From the IMG/VR virus record IMGVR_UViG_3300021400_000141, positions 96,001 to 160,000 of that record: DNA of 64,000 nucleotides, one strand, 5' to 3'. The DNA is from a virus (taxonomy: Duplodnaviria > Heunggongvirae > Uroviricota > Caudoviricetes). The position numbers were made by a program, and so were the translations under genes. The notes below the pieces were generated by a model. That model was not told where the DNA came from and searched no databases. It saw only the letters and a list, made by a program, of their open reading frames with translations. Positions 47,153 to 56,009 of this stretch are shown here, piece after piece; position 1 is the stretch's first letter, and each line of letters starts with the position of its first letter.

Positions 47153-48461
47153 ACACTTTCTTCGCCGCGTCGTTGTACTCAGGGAATTTGATTTTTGCGA
47201 TTTCGTCCTCGACTTCCTTTGGATGTCCATACAGAAGGTTTGGGGAGCCAAGGGTAACTACGGTGATTAGGGAGTCTTCTGAGGTGCTTGGGCCATTACG
47301 CATCACGTCGTTTTTAATTATCTGTTTTCCAAGGACAATATACTCGTCACAATAGATATTGTCAGGGGCGGAGAAATCGTCCCTCAACTCCTTGGACTTG
47401 GCATACACATAGACACTAGAGCCTACATCGGGCCCCATGAGGTTGACCAATGTTATGTTCATCTTTTTGCCAAGGCTTGCAATATATCTGCGACGGATAA
47501 AAGGAGATATCTGGTACATGTTGTGTGTGTTTACCGTACAGTCTCGAATCATGTACGCATCGCCGAAACTATACCCAGCGGGACCAAACGCATTGTCTAT
47601 TTCTTCCTGATTGGTATATCCAGCCCCCTTCAGGAGCTTGCTGAAACATGGGTTGTCACATAGGCCAATGTCAGGCTTATTGTCCGTAAGTGTCATGTAA
47701 GTAATGTGCGGGAACAAGTCCTTCTTGTTCTTGCCAGCATCGCTCCATCTAGTGTCCGTGGTGTAGAACCAAGTGACATACCCAGAGTCCGAATCCTCGA
47801 ACATAGAAGCATTGCCGCCTCGCTGTGCGTTCACGTAGAACATGAACATCTGGTGCTTATAGTATTCCTTGGAACGGTTAATGCTAGATACTACATAGTT
47901 GCACTTCTCGGTGGAGAATGTGTAATATACGTAGTCGCCTTCCAAGAAGGAATGCTCTACAATATCGTTCAGCGTCTGTTCCATGTCCGCCTTGACAACA
48001 ATCCAGTTCATCATGTCGCCAGTGCTCTTAGGCGGGACGACGATTACTGGCTCGTCAATCTGACGATGCTTGAATACCTGCTGCATTGTTTCGGTTGACG
48101 TACCATATTTCTGGAACGTCCTTGTATCCATAGTTTCGAAGGCGCCTAGACGGAAAGAAATTGTCTGGAAACTATTGTTCGTACCAGACACAACCTGGAT
48201 TGGAGATGTTTCCATAACAACAAAGGTCAACGGCGTGTTGTCCAATTTCTGACTTCCCGTATTGTTGAATTTCATTATGCCGTATTCACCAGTATGAATG
48301 ATTGCATTAGCATCATCTACGTTCTGTATATTTGCAATTCCGTACGGAACACCGTTCAATGGAATGTTAAGACAGAACTTCAATATAAGGGAATTAGGGT
48401 AGACTCTTCCCATTAGGTAGATTTCTACCGAGGCGTTGTCTATGTTATCTATATTAAGCAT
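47151..48461 (-). CDS. Probable baseplate hub protein
   Basis: Follows gp48-like and gp53-like genes; size fits; assigned mainly by synteny. Confidence 0.45.
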   Translation of the reverse strand: MLNIDNIDNASVEIYLMGRVYPNSLILKFCLNIPLNGVPYGIANIQNVDDANAIIHTGEYGIMKFNNTGSQKLDNTPLTFVVMETSPIQVVSGTNNSFQTISFRLGAFETMDTRTFQKYGTSTETMQQVFKHRQIDEPVIVVPPKSTGDMMNWIVVKADMEQTLNDIVEHSFLEGDYVYYTFSTEKCNYVVSSINRSKEYYKHQMFMFYVNAQRGGNASMFEDSDSGYVTWFYTTDTRWSDAGKNKKDLFPHITYMTLTDNKPDIGLCDNPCFSKLLKGAGYTNQEEIDNAFGPAGYSFGDAYMIRDCTVNTHNMYQISPFIRRRYIASLGKKMNITLVNLMGPDVGSSVYVYAKSKELRDDFSAPDNIYCDEYIVLGKQIIKNDVMRNGPSTSEDSLITVVTLGSPNLLYGHPKEVEDEIAKIKFPEYNDAAKKV

Positions 48462-48471
48462 GAATGCCTAC

Positions 48472-48903
48472 CTATCGAATGTTTGTATCGTATTTTGACA
48501 ACCAGTTCAACGAATCGTTGAGCTGCGGGACAATGACAGCTTTACCGACGGTAACCTCGCTTACCACACCGTTAAATAGGTTGTTGTAATGCAGCCAATA
48601 CTCTGGTGTCACTTCAAGCTCATCCAGCATCTTCTTGTATTCTGCCTCCAACTGCTCTCCACGATAACCTTTCATGTACAACTCGTTGTACACGCTTTCT
48701 TCAAATATACGAACAGCATCACGACACGGCAACGGATTACGGATATGGTTAGCCGCACAGAACACTTTACACATTCTGCTGCTTCCCATGGTGCGTCGAG
48801 CTATAACATCGGGACGGCCTTGTTCATAACCCTGAACATTATCCAAGGTCAACATGGAAAGTTCGTCATCCCTAAATCTAGGGTAATTCATTTCATCAGC
48901 CAT
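48472..48903 (-). CDS. Baseplate wedge protein (T4 gp53/LysM-like)
   Basis: GRPDVIARRTMGS....VFCAANHIRNP. Confidence 0.7.
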   Translation of the reverse strand: MADEMNYPRFRDDELSMLTLDNVQGYEQGRPDVIARRTMGSSRMCKVFCAANHIRNPLPCRDAVRIFEESVYNELYMKGYRGEQLEAEYKKMLDELEVTPEYWLHYNNLFNGVVSEVTVGKAVIVPQLNDSLNWLSKYDTNIR

Positions 48904-48911
48904 ATCAACCT

Positions 48912-50366
48912 CTACTTCTTAGCCTTATCCGAATCCTTCTGAGGAATAGGATAGAACAAGTTATCACCAATAAGGTGTATGAAGTCATGGTTCGGACCAG
49001 GAGTCATCCACGGCTTCAACGTAACAGTAACTTTCATTGTGACAGGAATGCTTGCACCAATGCTGTTTATAAACAATTCTTCCGAAGGAGTGATGCTGAC
49101 ATTTTCAATAACCATCGGTTCTACATCAAGAATGTTTCCTATAGTAAGTCTGACTGGGTTCGGCACAAGGACGAAATTCGCTCCCATGAAAGTGCTTCCC
49201 TCCATATAAGCTTCCAATACCTTAGTGATAACCACATTCATTCCATCAACAAGGTTTTGCTTATTGGCATCCGAGAACCTACCATTTTCTTGCATTTCCT
49301 TTGCATTGTTGTCAAATGTGTCACCAAGCGATTTTGCCATATCACTGACATATTTTGCAATCGTGTTACCAATGCTGACACCAGTGCCTGCGGCATCAAC
49401 AACACCATCGCTAGCCTGTCCGTTATTGGTTTCTACCAACTGACGAAGACCAGGTATTTCCATCACATTGGCCTCGGCAACATTAAAGATGGCTTCACCA
49501 GCATCTACCCAAGCGGTGGCAACACCGCTCAACGAATCCTTCAAGTTCTTTGCGTTGATAAACGACTGTTGCATGCCAGAATTTGTTGCCGCCTTCAAGT
49601 TATCGTAAAAATCGCTCTTGTTAGTGTATGCCTTCCTTACATATGCGAGCTGCAAAAGCCTGTGTATAGACAGACGGAACAAGTCCTCCTGTTCTGGCAT
49701 ATACCATGTAAATGTCAGTTTTGCAGGGATTTCCATGCTAGCACCACCATATTTTTTCAATGTAGATGCACCAGTAGAAGTTGACTCCATTCCAAACGTT
49801 TCCATCGAAGAACCAAGCTTATCGCCTATACCCCCAACGAATGATGCAACTTTATCTACAAAAGATTTTCCCTTTGAGGTGTCTTTCGATATGAAAGATG
49901 CAAGCGCTCCTGCTGCTGTGCCAAATCCAAATCCAGTTGCATTATGCCCACCAAAAGCCTCACCTATGGTTTCACCGACGTTGGCTCCCAACGGCATGGC
50001 AACTGCTGGTGATTTCAAGATTTCTACTGCACGTTCAAACGATTCTTTTGGGTTTTGCTTATCCCAATTGCTATTGAAAGAGATAGTCAATGCCTTCAAA
50101 TCATTTGGTGTCAAAATTCCATAGAAAGGCTTGAACGCATCTGGGTTCATGGCGTATGCGATACGCAGTTTCAGTGCATCGGCTGCGGCATGAACAGGTC
50201 CAAGGAACGCTTGACGTGCGGCAGGACCAAGCGGTTCAATTCTAACTACGTTAGGGTTCAACTCGTGCAAGGAATTACGGATAATTCCTTGTGCATCCTT
50301 TACGTAACTTTCCTTGATGCCGTAACGGGTTCTTTTCCCGAATATGCCTTTCTCATTGTCCGCCAT
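48912..50366 (-). CDS. Baseplate tail-tube cap-like protein (gp48-like)
   Basis: VPNPVRLTIG...PMVIENVSIT...IPVTMKVTVTL tube-fold tail. Confidence 0.5.
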   Translation of the reverse strand: MADNEKGIFGKRTRYGIKESYVKDAQGIIRNSLHELNPNVVRIEPLGPAARQAFLGPVHAAADALKLRIAYAMNPDAFKPFYGILTPNDLKALTISFNSNWDKQNPKESFERAVEILKSPAVAMPLGANVGETIGEAFGGHNATGFGFGTAAGALASFISKDTSKGKSFVDKVASFVGGIGDKLGSSMETFGMESTSTGASTLKKYGGASMEIPAKLTFTWYMPEQEDLFRLSIHRLLQLAYVRKAYTNKSDFYDNLKAATNSGMQQSFINAKNLKDSLSGVATAWVDAGEAIFNVAEANVMEIPGLRQLVETNNGQASDGVVDAAGTGVSIGNTIAKYVSDMAKSLGDTFDNNAKEMQENGRFSDANKQNLVDGMNVVITKVLEAYMEGSTFMGANFVLVPNPVRLTIGNILDVEPMVIENVSITPSEELFINSIGASIPVTMKVTVTLKPWMTPGPNHDFIHLIGDNLFYPIPQKDSDKAKK

Positions 50367-50369
50367 ATA

Positions 50370-52070
50370 CTAACCCCCGATAATTCTTTCCACTTCGTCT
50401 AGGTAAGCAGCATCACGTTTCTTATCGCCTTCTCTGTCAATCATATTTTCAGCAACCGCCTTTCCAATCTCTGACGCCAAGACATGTATTTCTTCCCTTG
50501 TCAATGACATCCTGTTAAACATCTGCACATCGTTCAATACTGGTGTAATGTCCCTTTCAGCCCTTGCGGCCATATCCATTCGAGCATCCAAGACTGGAGA
50601 CTGTTCTTCCATTGCAGACGCCTGATTTGCGTCCATATCAAACTGAGTCCTATTATCATCAACCGACTGTTCTTTTTCTGCACTTTCAGTTGGGGCCGCT
50701 TTTTCTTCATCACGTGTTTTCAACGGAGTGTCATCCTGATTGTTCATGGAGTCCGATGCACCAGATATGTCATTTGCCATCTCAGTAATGGAATTTTTAG
50801 TGGCAGGCTCCTGCTCTTCTTTAGATACTTCTTGATTGCTAATCTTTTCAATAAGCTCATCTTCATTCTGTTTGACTATATCGGCAATTTCCCGCAGGCT
50901 ATCCAAACTAGCATCGCCTAGTTCAACAGATTTAGTTTCCATTTCAACATGAACATCGATTGGCATAGGTTCATTGACATCTGTGTTCGCAACCGAATCA
51001 CCAAACTGTTCCAAAATGTCATCAAGACTGTCGTTGATTTTGCCCAAGTGGTCGTTCACTTCGGAAACACGCAACTCAGTCTCATTAGGAACATCCTTCG
51101 CTACTTCCTCTGGTTGCTCAACATTTCCCTCATCGACCTCGGTCAGCTTCTGCCCAATATCGTTCAGCAAATTATTCTGCTCATCTTGGGTAGTAACGAT
51201 GTCTTTAAGCAAGTTTTCCTCATTGCTGGGAACGTTAGCCTTGCTTTCGTCAGTATCAGGCTCATTGGTATCAACATCAGTCAGCTTCTGACCAATATCG
51301 TTCAACAAGACATTCTGTTCATTCTGGGCAGCCTCAATGTTTTCAAGCAAGGTTTCCGCCCTGCTGGGAACATCAGACTCACTTTCGTCTGTATCCACAG
51401 CATTGACATCGGTATCAGCCAATTTATCACTAATATCGTTCAGCAAAGCATTCTGGTCTTTCTGGGCAGCCTCAATGTTTCCAAGCAAGGTTTCCTCCTT
51501 GCTAGGTTCATTGGACTCGCTCTCATCAGCGGAATCGTCCTTAGACATTTCTGGGAGCTGTACATCGACCTTTACTTCCGTCGGCTTGATATCTTCCTTT
51601 ACGACATCGGTTTCTTCGTCCGCCTTTTCTTCGGATTTGTCTTCAACCTCGTTCAGGTTAGAATCATTGACCGCTTCATCACGGGTCAATTCGGCCCGAA
51701 GGGAATCCCCTTGGATTTCGAGAATGCGGTCGAGGTCATTTTGTATATTTGTCAAAACCGTCTGTCGCTTCTCGTTTTCATCATCATTTTCCGCCGCATT
51801 ACTAGATTTACGGAAAGCGTCATTGACTTCCTTGACGGTTGCGGCAATCTCGCTATTATCGATAGCACTGCCGAACTGTTCGACAAGGGTATCGTTTACA
51901 TTCTTAGCATTGGCCATCTGCTGGTCAAGAAATCCCTTCATTGTCTGCTCGGTCTCTTTCGGCAATGCGGCAAGAGCGTCAGCAATCGACTTGATATCAT
52001 TATTAGTCGAGGCATTGTTGACGGTCTGATTGGACGTTTGAGTAGATGTATTTTGCTGTGTAGTGGCCAT
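50370..52070 (-). CDS. Acidic coiled-coil virion protein with 46-aa repeats (tape-measure/gp29-like position)
   Basis: Late box at 52094-52101; heads the baseplate operon. Confidence 0.55.
   Translation of the reverse strand: MATTQQNTSTQTSNQTVNNASTNNDIKSIADALAALPKETEQTMKGFLDQQMANAKNVNDTLVEQFGSAIDNSEIAATVKEVNDAFRKSSNAAENDDENEKRQTVLTNIQNDLDRILEIQGDSLRAELTRDEAVNDSNLNEVEDKSEEKADEETDVVKEDIKPTEVKVDVQLPEMSKDDSADESESNEPSKEETLLGNIEAAQKDQNALLNDISDKLADTDVNAVDTDESESDVPSRAETLLENIEAAQNEQNVLLNDIGQKLTDVDTNEPDTDESKANVPSNEENLLKDIVTTQDEQNNLLNDIGQKLTEVDEGNVEQPEEVAKDVPNETELRVSEVNDHLGKINDSLDDILEQFGDSVANTDVNEPMPIDVHVEMETKSVELGDASLDSLREIADIVKQNEDELIEKISNQEVSKEEQEPATKNSITEMANDISGASDSMNNQDDTPLKTRDEEKAAPTESAEKEQSVDDNRTQFDMDANQASAMEEQSPVLDARMDMAARAERDITPVLNDVQMFNRMSLTREEIHVLASEIGKAVAENMIDREGDKKRDAAYLDEVERIIGG
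51130..51520 (-). repeat. Three tandem 138-bp (46-aa) coding repeats
   Basis: AATATCGTTCA.CAA recurs at 51156, 51294 and 51432. Confidence 0.85.
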
Positions 52071-52093
52071 AATGCACCTTTAGTTTCAATGAT

Positions 52094-52133
52094 AGTTTAT
52101 AATGCAAACACGATTTTTGTCCAGGTATAAACT
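52094..52133. promoter_or_regulatory. Back-to-back late promoter boxes
   Basis: TATAAACT on minus (52094-52101) and plus (52126-52133) strands. Confidence 0.7.
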
Positions 52134-52161
52134 ATTATCGAATCATGCGGCATACAAGCAA

Positions 52162-53895
52162 ATGGCAAAGTGCATTACAGACGTAATTTCGCCCAGACAG
52201 GAAACTTCGGCTACTGCAAAGGATTCTGGCATTTTGAGCAGCTTTACAGAAGCTGTCGAGAAGACCGCCAATTCCATAAATAATGTAAGTTCCAAGCTAG
52301 AAGCAACCAACTGTACGAAAGTCGTATTCGACTGGTGTAGGGACACCATGGGCATAAACGCCTATGCCGCCGTTGGTATGCTGTCTAACTTGAATTTCGG
52401 TTTCGGCCAGTTCAACCAGTTCAACTTCCCCGTCGGGATTGAAGGAGCACTGACATTAAGCAAGAGCCTCTGCCAGACGATAGGCACATGGATTGCATGG
52501 ATTCAAGCGACAATAGACATCGCAACGAAGGCTGCATTCGTCCTGTTCGCAAAGATTGATGCCGCCCGTCTACGTCTGGAAGCCGCCCTATTGAGGTTCA
52601 ACGCAGCCGTTTTTGCGTGCATTTCCAAAATCCTTTCCGACCTTAAAATGTCGGCAACGCTGGATGTGGGTGTCGGTGCAGCAGTTACCCTTGACTTCAA
52701 GTGGGAAGAACTGCTACAAATCATGATTGACTGCCCGTGCTTCTGCCGTGCAATCGCATGCGTCACAGACTGCAAGAAAGACGCTGACGGCAACGACATC
52801 ACCAGAAATCCAGAGATGGTGATAGAATGTCTAAAGAACAAGTTTCCCCTGTCCTTTGGCGTGGGTGTAGGACTGGCTGGCGGTATAGTAGGTTCGCTGA
52901 ACGACCTCCTGCATGACTTCCTTATGAAGCTGTATTTGAGCATCAAGGAAGCAATCGAAATGACCTTTGAGATGCTCATGAAGCCACTCCGTGCCTTAAT
53001 CAAGGCTTATGCCGACCTGTTGACACAGAAGTTCGATGTAACGGCTTTCATCAAGATGGTTGGAAATTTCGAGTGTTTCTTCATCTACACGCTAGAATAC
53101 AAGAACAACGTGGAGTTCTACGGCATGTCGGTTATAGACATGATTAACACCTTCAAGAGCTGGACCGTATGTTTCAGCCACCTGTGTCCAGGCCTGATGA
53201 AGGACATCGAGGCAAAGATTAAGGAGATAAATGCAAACCTCCGCCTTAACGACGTTTTCTGGCAGGGAGCATTCGAAGCAGACCTTTATGACCTGTGTAT
53301 CGCAGCGAAGCTCGGTTACAAGTCCTTTTCAGCAAACGAATTCCGTGAGATTTACCGCGACAACCCGAAGACCCAGTTCGACTCGTTGCTATCACAGCTT
53401 GAAGCATCTTGCATAGTAAAAGTATGCAAAGAGCACAAACGGTCAAGCGCCGCCAACAAGCCTACAAGCAAGGTCGAGGAAGCCATCCAGTTCAGGACGG
53501 CCCCAGACAGGGAAAACGAAGTAAACGTAGGCGAGAAACCTATATCGAAACAGGAACAGAAGAAGTGCATATCCATCTCCCATAATCTTGTTGACAAGAC
53601 AGTGAGCCCGTATTTCACCGAGAAATACTATCAGCTCCTCAGGATGCTGGCTGATTACGAAATAAGCAATGACACTGTTAACGAACTGACTAATATTCTC
53701 GATAACTGCAGTAAGAAGGTCTACCCAGTAAACATGAGCAAGCCGTTTACACCATTCCCGTCGAACCAGTCTGGAAGAGCCGCAATTGAAGTATATCCAT
53801 CCGACATCGAGGTGACTTACGAACTCGTTGATGACTACAACGAAGACGTTATCAAAAACATTTTAGGCCCATATGCGGAAGGGGTGGTAGCATGA
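52162..53895 (+). CDS. Cys-rich hypothetical late protein
   Basis: Start MAKCIT downstream of the late box; about 19 Cys and hydrophobic helices. Confidence 0.75.
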   Translation: MAKCITDVISPRQETSATAKDSGILSSFTEAVEKTANSINNVSSKLEATNCTKVVFDWCRDTMGINAYAAVGMLSNLNFGFGQFNQFNFPVGIEGALTLSKSLCQTIGTWIAWIQATIDIATKAAFVLFAKIDAARLRLEAALLRFNAAVFACISKILSDLKMSATLDVGVGAAVTLDFKWEELLQIMIDCPCFCRAIACVTDCKKDADGNDITRNPEMVIECLKNKFPLSFGVGVGLAGGIVGSLNDLLHDFLMKLYLSIKEAIEMTFEMLMKPLRALIKAYADLLTQKFDVTAFIKMVGNFECFFIYTLEYKNNVEFYGMSVIDMINTFKSWTVCFSHLCPGLMKDIEAKIKEINANLRLNDVFWQGAFEADLYDLCIAAKLGYKSFSANEFREIYRDNPKTQFDSLLSQLEASCIVKVCKEHKRSSAANKPTSKVEEAIQFRTAPDRENEVNVGEKPISKQEQKKCISISHNLVDKTVSPYFTEKYYQLLRMLADYEISNDTVNELTNILDNCSKKVYPVNMSKPFTPFPSNQSGRAAIEVYPSDIEVTYELVDDYNEDVIKNILGPYAEGVVA

Positions 53896-54416
53896 TTTAC
53901 GGAACCAAGACGAAACACGCTCGTTACAAGTTGGTGCATCCAGAGAAGTACATGGAAAATCTGGCTGCCCCAATATGCAAGTCATCTTGGGAAGAAAGGA
54001 TTTTTCAGGCAATGGACAACAACAGCTATGTCCTAAAATGGGGTTACGAACCTGATTTCGAAATCTATTACATGTCACCGAAGCTGCACAAGATGAGCAA
54101 GTATTTCCCCGACATCTACTGCGAATGCAAGTCGGCTACTGACAGCAAGGTAAACAAGTTCCTAATTGAAATCAAGCCAGAGAAATTCGCCATCATGCCG
54201 AAACCCCCGAAAGCATTGACCGAGAGTGCAAACGCAAAGAAGGTTAGGGCCCACCAAAAGAAGATGGCACGCTACTACATGCAATGCGAGGAAGTGATGG
54301 TGAACCAGGCGAAATGGGCAGCAGCACGAAACTGGTGTGCCAACAGAGGTGTAAACTGGATTGTCCTGACAGAGGAAAACGTTTGCGGCCTTTTCGACAA
54401 AGGCGCACACATGTAG
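53892..54416 (+). CDS. Head completion nuclease (T4 gp4/TnsA-like)
   Basis: HPEKY, KSSWE, KWGYE, YFPDIY, LIEIKP, VNQAKWAAA..WC and VLTE. Confidence 0.92.
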   Translation: MIYGTKTKHARYKLVHPEKYMENLAAPICKSSWEERIFQAMDNNSYVLKWGYEPDFEIYYMSPKLHKMSKYFPDIYCECKSATDSKVNKFLIEIKPEKFAIMPKPPKALTESANAKKVRAHQKKMARYYMQCEEVMVNQAKWAAARNWCANRGVNWIVLTEENVCGLFDKGAHM

Positions 54417-54418
54417 AA

Positions 54419-54444
54419 AAAGGCTGTCCCGAAGGACAGCCTTT
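54419..54444. terminator. Bidirectional intrinsic terminator
   Basis: AAAGGCTGTCC-CGAA-GGACAGCCTTT (cUUCGg loop on the minus strand). Confidence 0.85.
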
Positions 54445-54454
54445 CTCCACTCCA

Positions 54455-54625
54455 ACAAAAAATCCGACTTTCCCGAAGGTCCATCGGACTAACCATGACA
54501 CTTCACCTTCTTCGGGTTTTATCCCGTAGCCTTGGTCGATGCTACCCGTCCTTATTTCGTAGACGGAACGTCAACGCCGAAGCATTGAAAGACCCATTTT
54601 TGAAGTAATGGTAGGGCCGTCCCAA
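54455..54625 (-). ncRNA. Candidate structured ncRNA or 3' UTR
   Basis: Six or more adjacent stems, two with cUUCGg loops, ending in a U tract; no coding ORF. Confidence 0.5.
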
Positions 54626-54629
54626 CACT

Positions 54630-54719
54630 TTAGAAAAAGTACAGCAGGCAACCAACGACTATGACCAGGATAAAAACCCAGGCCAAAATCTTGTCAGTCT
54701 CTGGCGTATACTTCATCAT
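54630..54719 (-). CDS. 29-aa single-helix membrane peptide
   Basis: Not in the ORF track; MMKYTPETDKILAWVFILVIVVGCLLYFF, ATGA overlap with the upstream stop. Confidence 0.6.
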   Translation of the reverse strand: MMKYTPETDKILAWVFILVIVVGCLLYFF

Positions 54720-55321
54720 TCGGCATCCTCAGACGGAACATCTTCGGTGCCAGCGTCAGCTTCGGACATCGTTTCAACCGTAACGGCATACTTGATGAAA
54801 CCAGACGCCTTCTTTTTCTTCTTCTTAGGAGAACCGTCGAGACCAAGCAGACTGTCAGTCTGTGCCATGATTTCGGCATCAACGGGAGACACTTCGTCTT
54901 CATCTTCATGGGTTTCATCACCATCGTCAGTTTCCTTGACTTTGAGATGGGAAGACCAGAACTGGGTGTCATCGTTGCACGGGTCCTTTTCGAAATTGAA
55001 CGTATACTCAGCCACATCGCCGAGTTCCTTGTCAACCTTCTTCTTTACAGCGATTGACATGAGGAACGCATCATAGGAGAACGAGGCAAAGGTTACCTTG
55101 ACACGAAGAGGGTCATCAAGGTCACACTTTGTGTTTCCATAACCCTTGTTCGTTACGAAATCCTTCACGCTTGCAAACGCATTGTCAATTTCCTGAGTGC
55201 CGTCGAGAAGATGCTTTCCAGCACCACTCTCACTGGTCTTTATGGAAAACTTGACAAACGGGACATTGTCCTTTGTCGCAGGAGTAAAAGCACTCAGGTA
55301 TCCACTGAATTCCTTCTTCAT
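54716..55321 (-). CDS. Hypothetical protein
   Basis: AGGAGG RBS; acidic C-terminal part with a poly-Lys patch. Confidence 0.75.
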   Translation of the reverse strand: MKKEFSGYLSAFTPATKDNVPFVKFSIKTSESGAGKHLLDGTQEIDNAFASVKDFVTNKGYGNTKCDLDDPLRVKVTFASFSYDAFLMSIAVKKKVDKELGDVAEYTFNFEKDPCNDDTQFWSSHLKVKETDDGDETHEDEDEVSPVDAEIMAQTDSLLGLDGSPKKKKKKASGFIKYAVTVETMSEADAGTEDVPSEDAE

Positions 55322-55333
55322 GTAACATCCTCC

Positions 55334-55918
55334 TTAGGACGGCATCTTGCGGGGACGACCACGGCGACGCTTTTCCTGCACGGGAGCATCACTCTTGCGG
55401 GGACGGCCACGCTTCCTGGGAGCAACGGAAGACTTCGCGCTAGAAGCCTTGGCCGGACGACCACGCTTCGTTGCCTTAGCAGGAGCAGCATCAGCGGCAA
55501 CTACCTGCTTGGCAGGTGCAGCACTGCCAATAACAACACTCGTCTTGCCCTTGTTTGCCATAACGACTTCAGCGGCAACGTCAGCAAGCTTATTGGCTGC
55601 TTCATCGTTCAATCCATTGATGGAGAAGAACTTCTTGAATGCACGAAGAGTTGCAAGACGGAGACCGAAGTCTGCGTCGAACTTGTCCATGTACTGCTGG
55701 AAGGCACGACCGACGTAAATCAAGCCATCCACATCCTTGCTGTTCTTGTTGGCATGGTAGCGTTCAAGCGTCACTTCGGTGTTGCTGGTAACCCAGGACG
55801 TAGCGATGCGACGGCCATACTTGTCCAACTTGCGGGTGACATGAAGTTGATGAGTGAGTTTGTTTGAAACCTTCAAACGAATTGAAGGAATGCCTGTGAT
55901 GTTGAGTTTGATAATCAT
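55334..55918 (-). CDS. AT-hook/histone-like DNA-binding protein
   Basis: KRGRP, RKRGRPRK and RRRGRPRK in an Ala/Lys-rich tail. Confidence 0.75.
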   Translation of the reverse strand: MIIKLNITGIPSIRLKVSNKLTHQLHVTRKLDKYGRRIATSWVTSNTEVTLERYHANKNSKDVDGLIYVGRAFQQYMDKFDADFGLRLATLRAFKKFFSINGLNDEAANKLADVAAEVVMANKGKTSVVIGSAAPAKQVVAADAAPAKATKRGRPAKASSAKSSVAPRKRGRPRKSDAPVQEKRRRGRPRKMPS

Positions 55919-55962
55919 AATGTACCTTTTTGTTGAGTGAGACTTTTAATCCACTGAACAAG

Positions 55963-55991
55963 AATATAGTATATTAAAACCCCTTTTGCAA
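55963..55991 (-). promoter_or_regulatory. sigma70-type promoter with -35 inside a terminator-like hairpin
   Basis: TTGCAA-N17-TATATT; AAAACCCC/GGGGTTTT stem around the -35. Confidence 0.7.
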
Positions 55992-56009
55992 GGGGTTTTT
56001 CAAAAAAAG

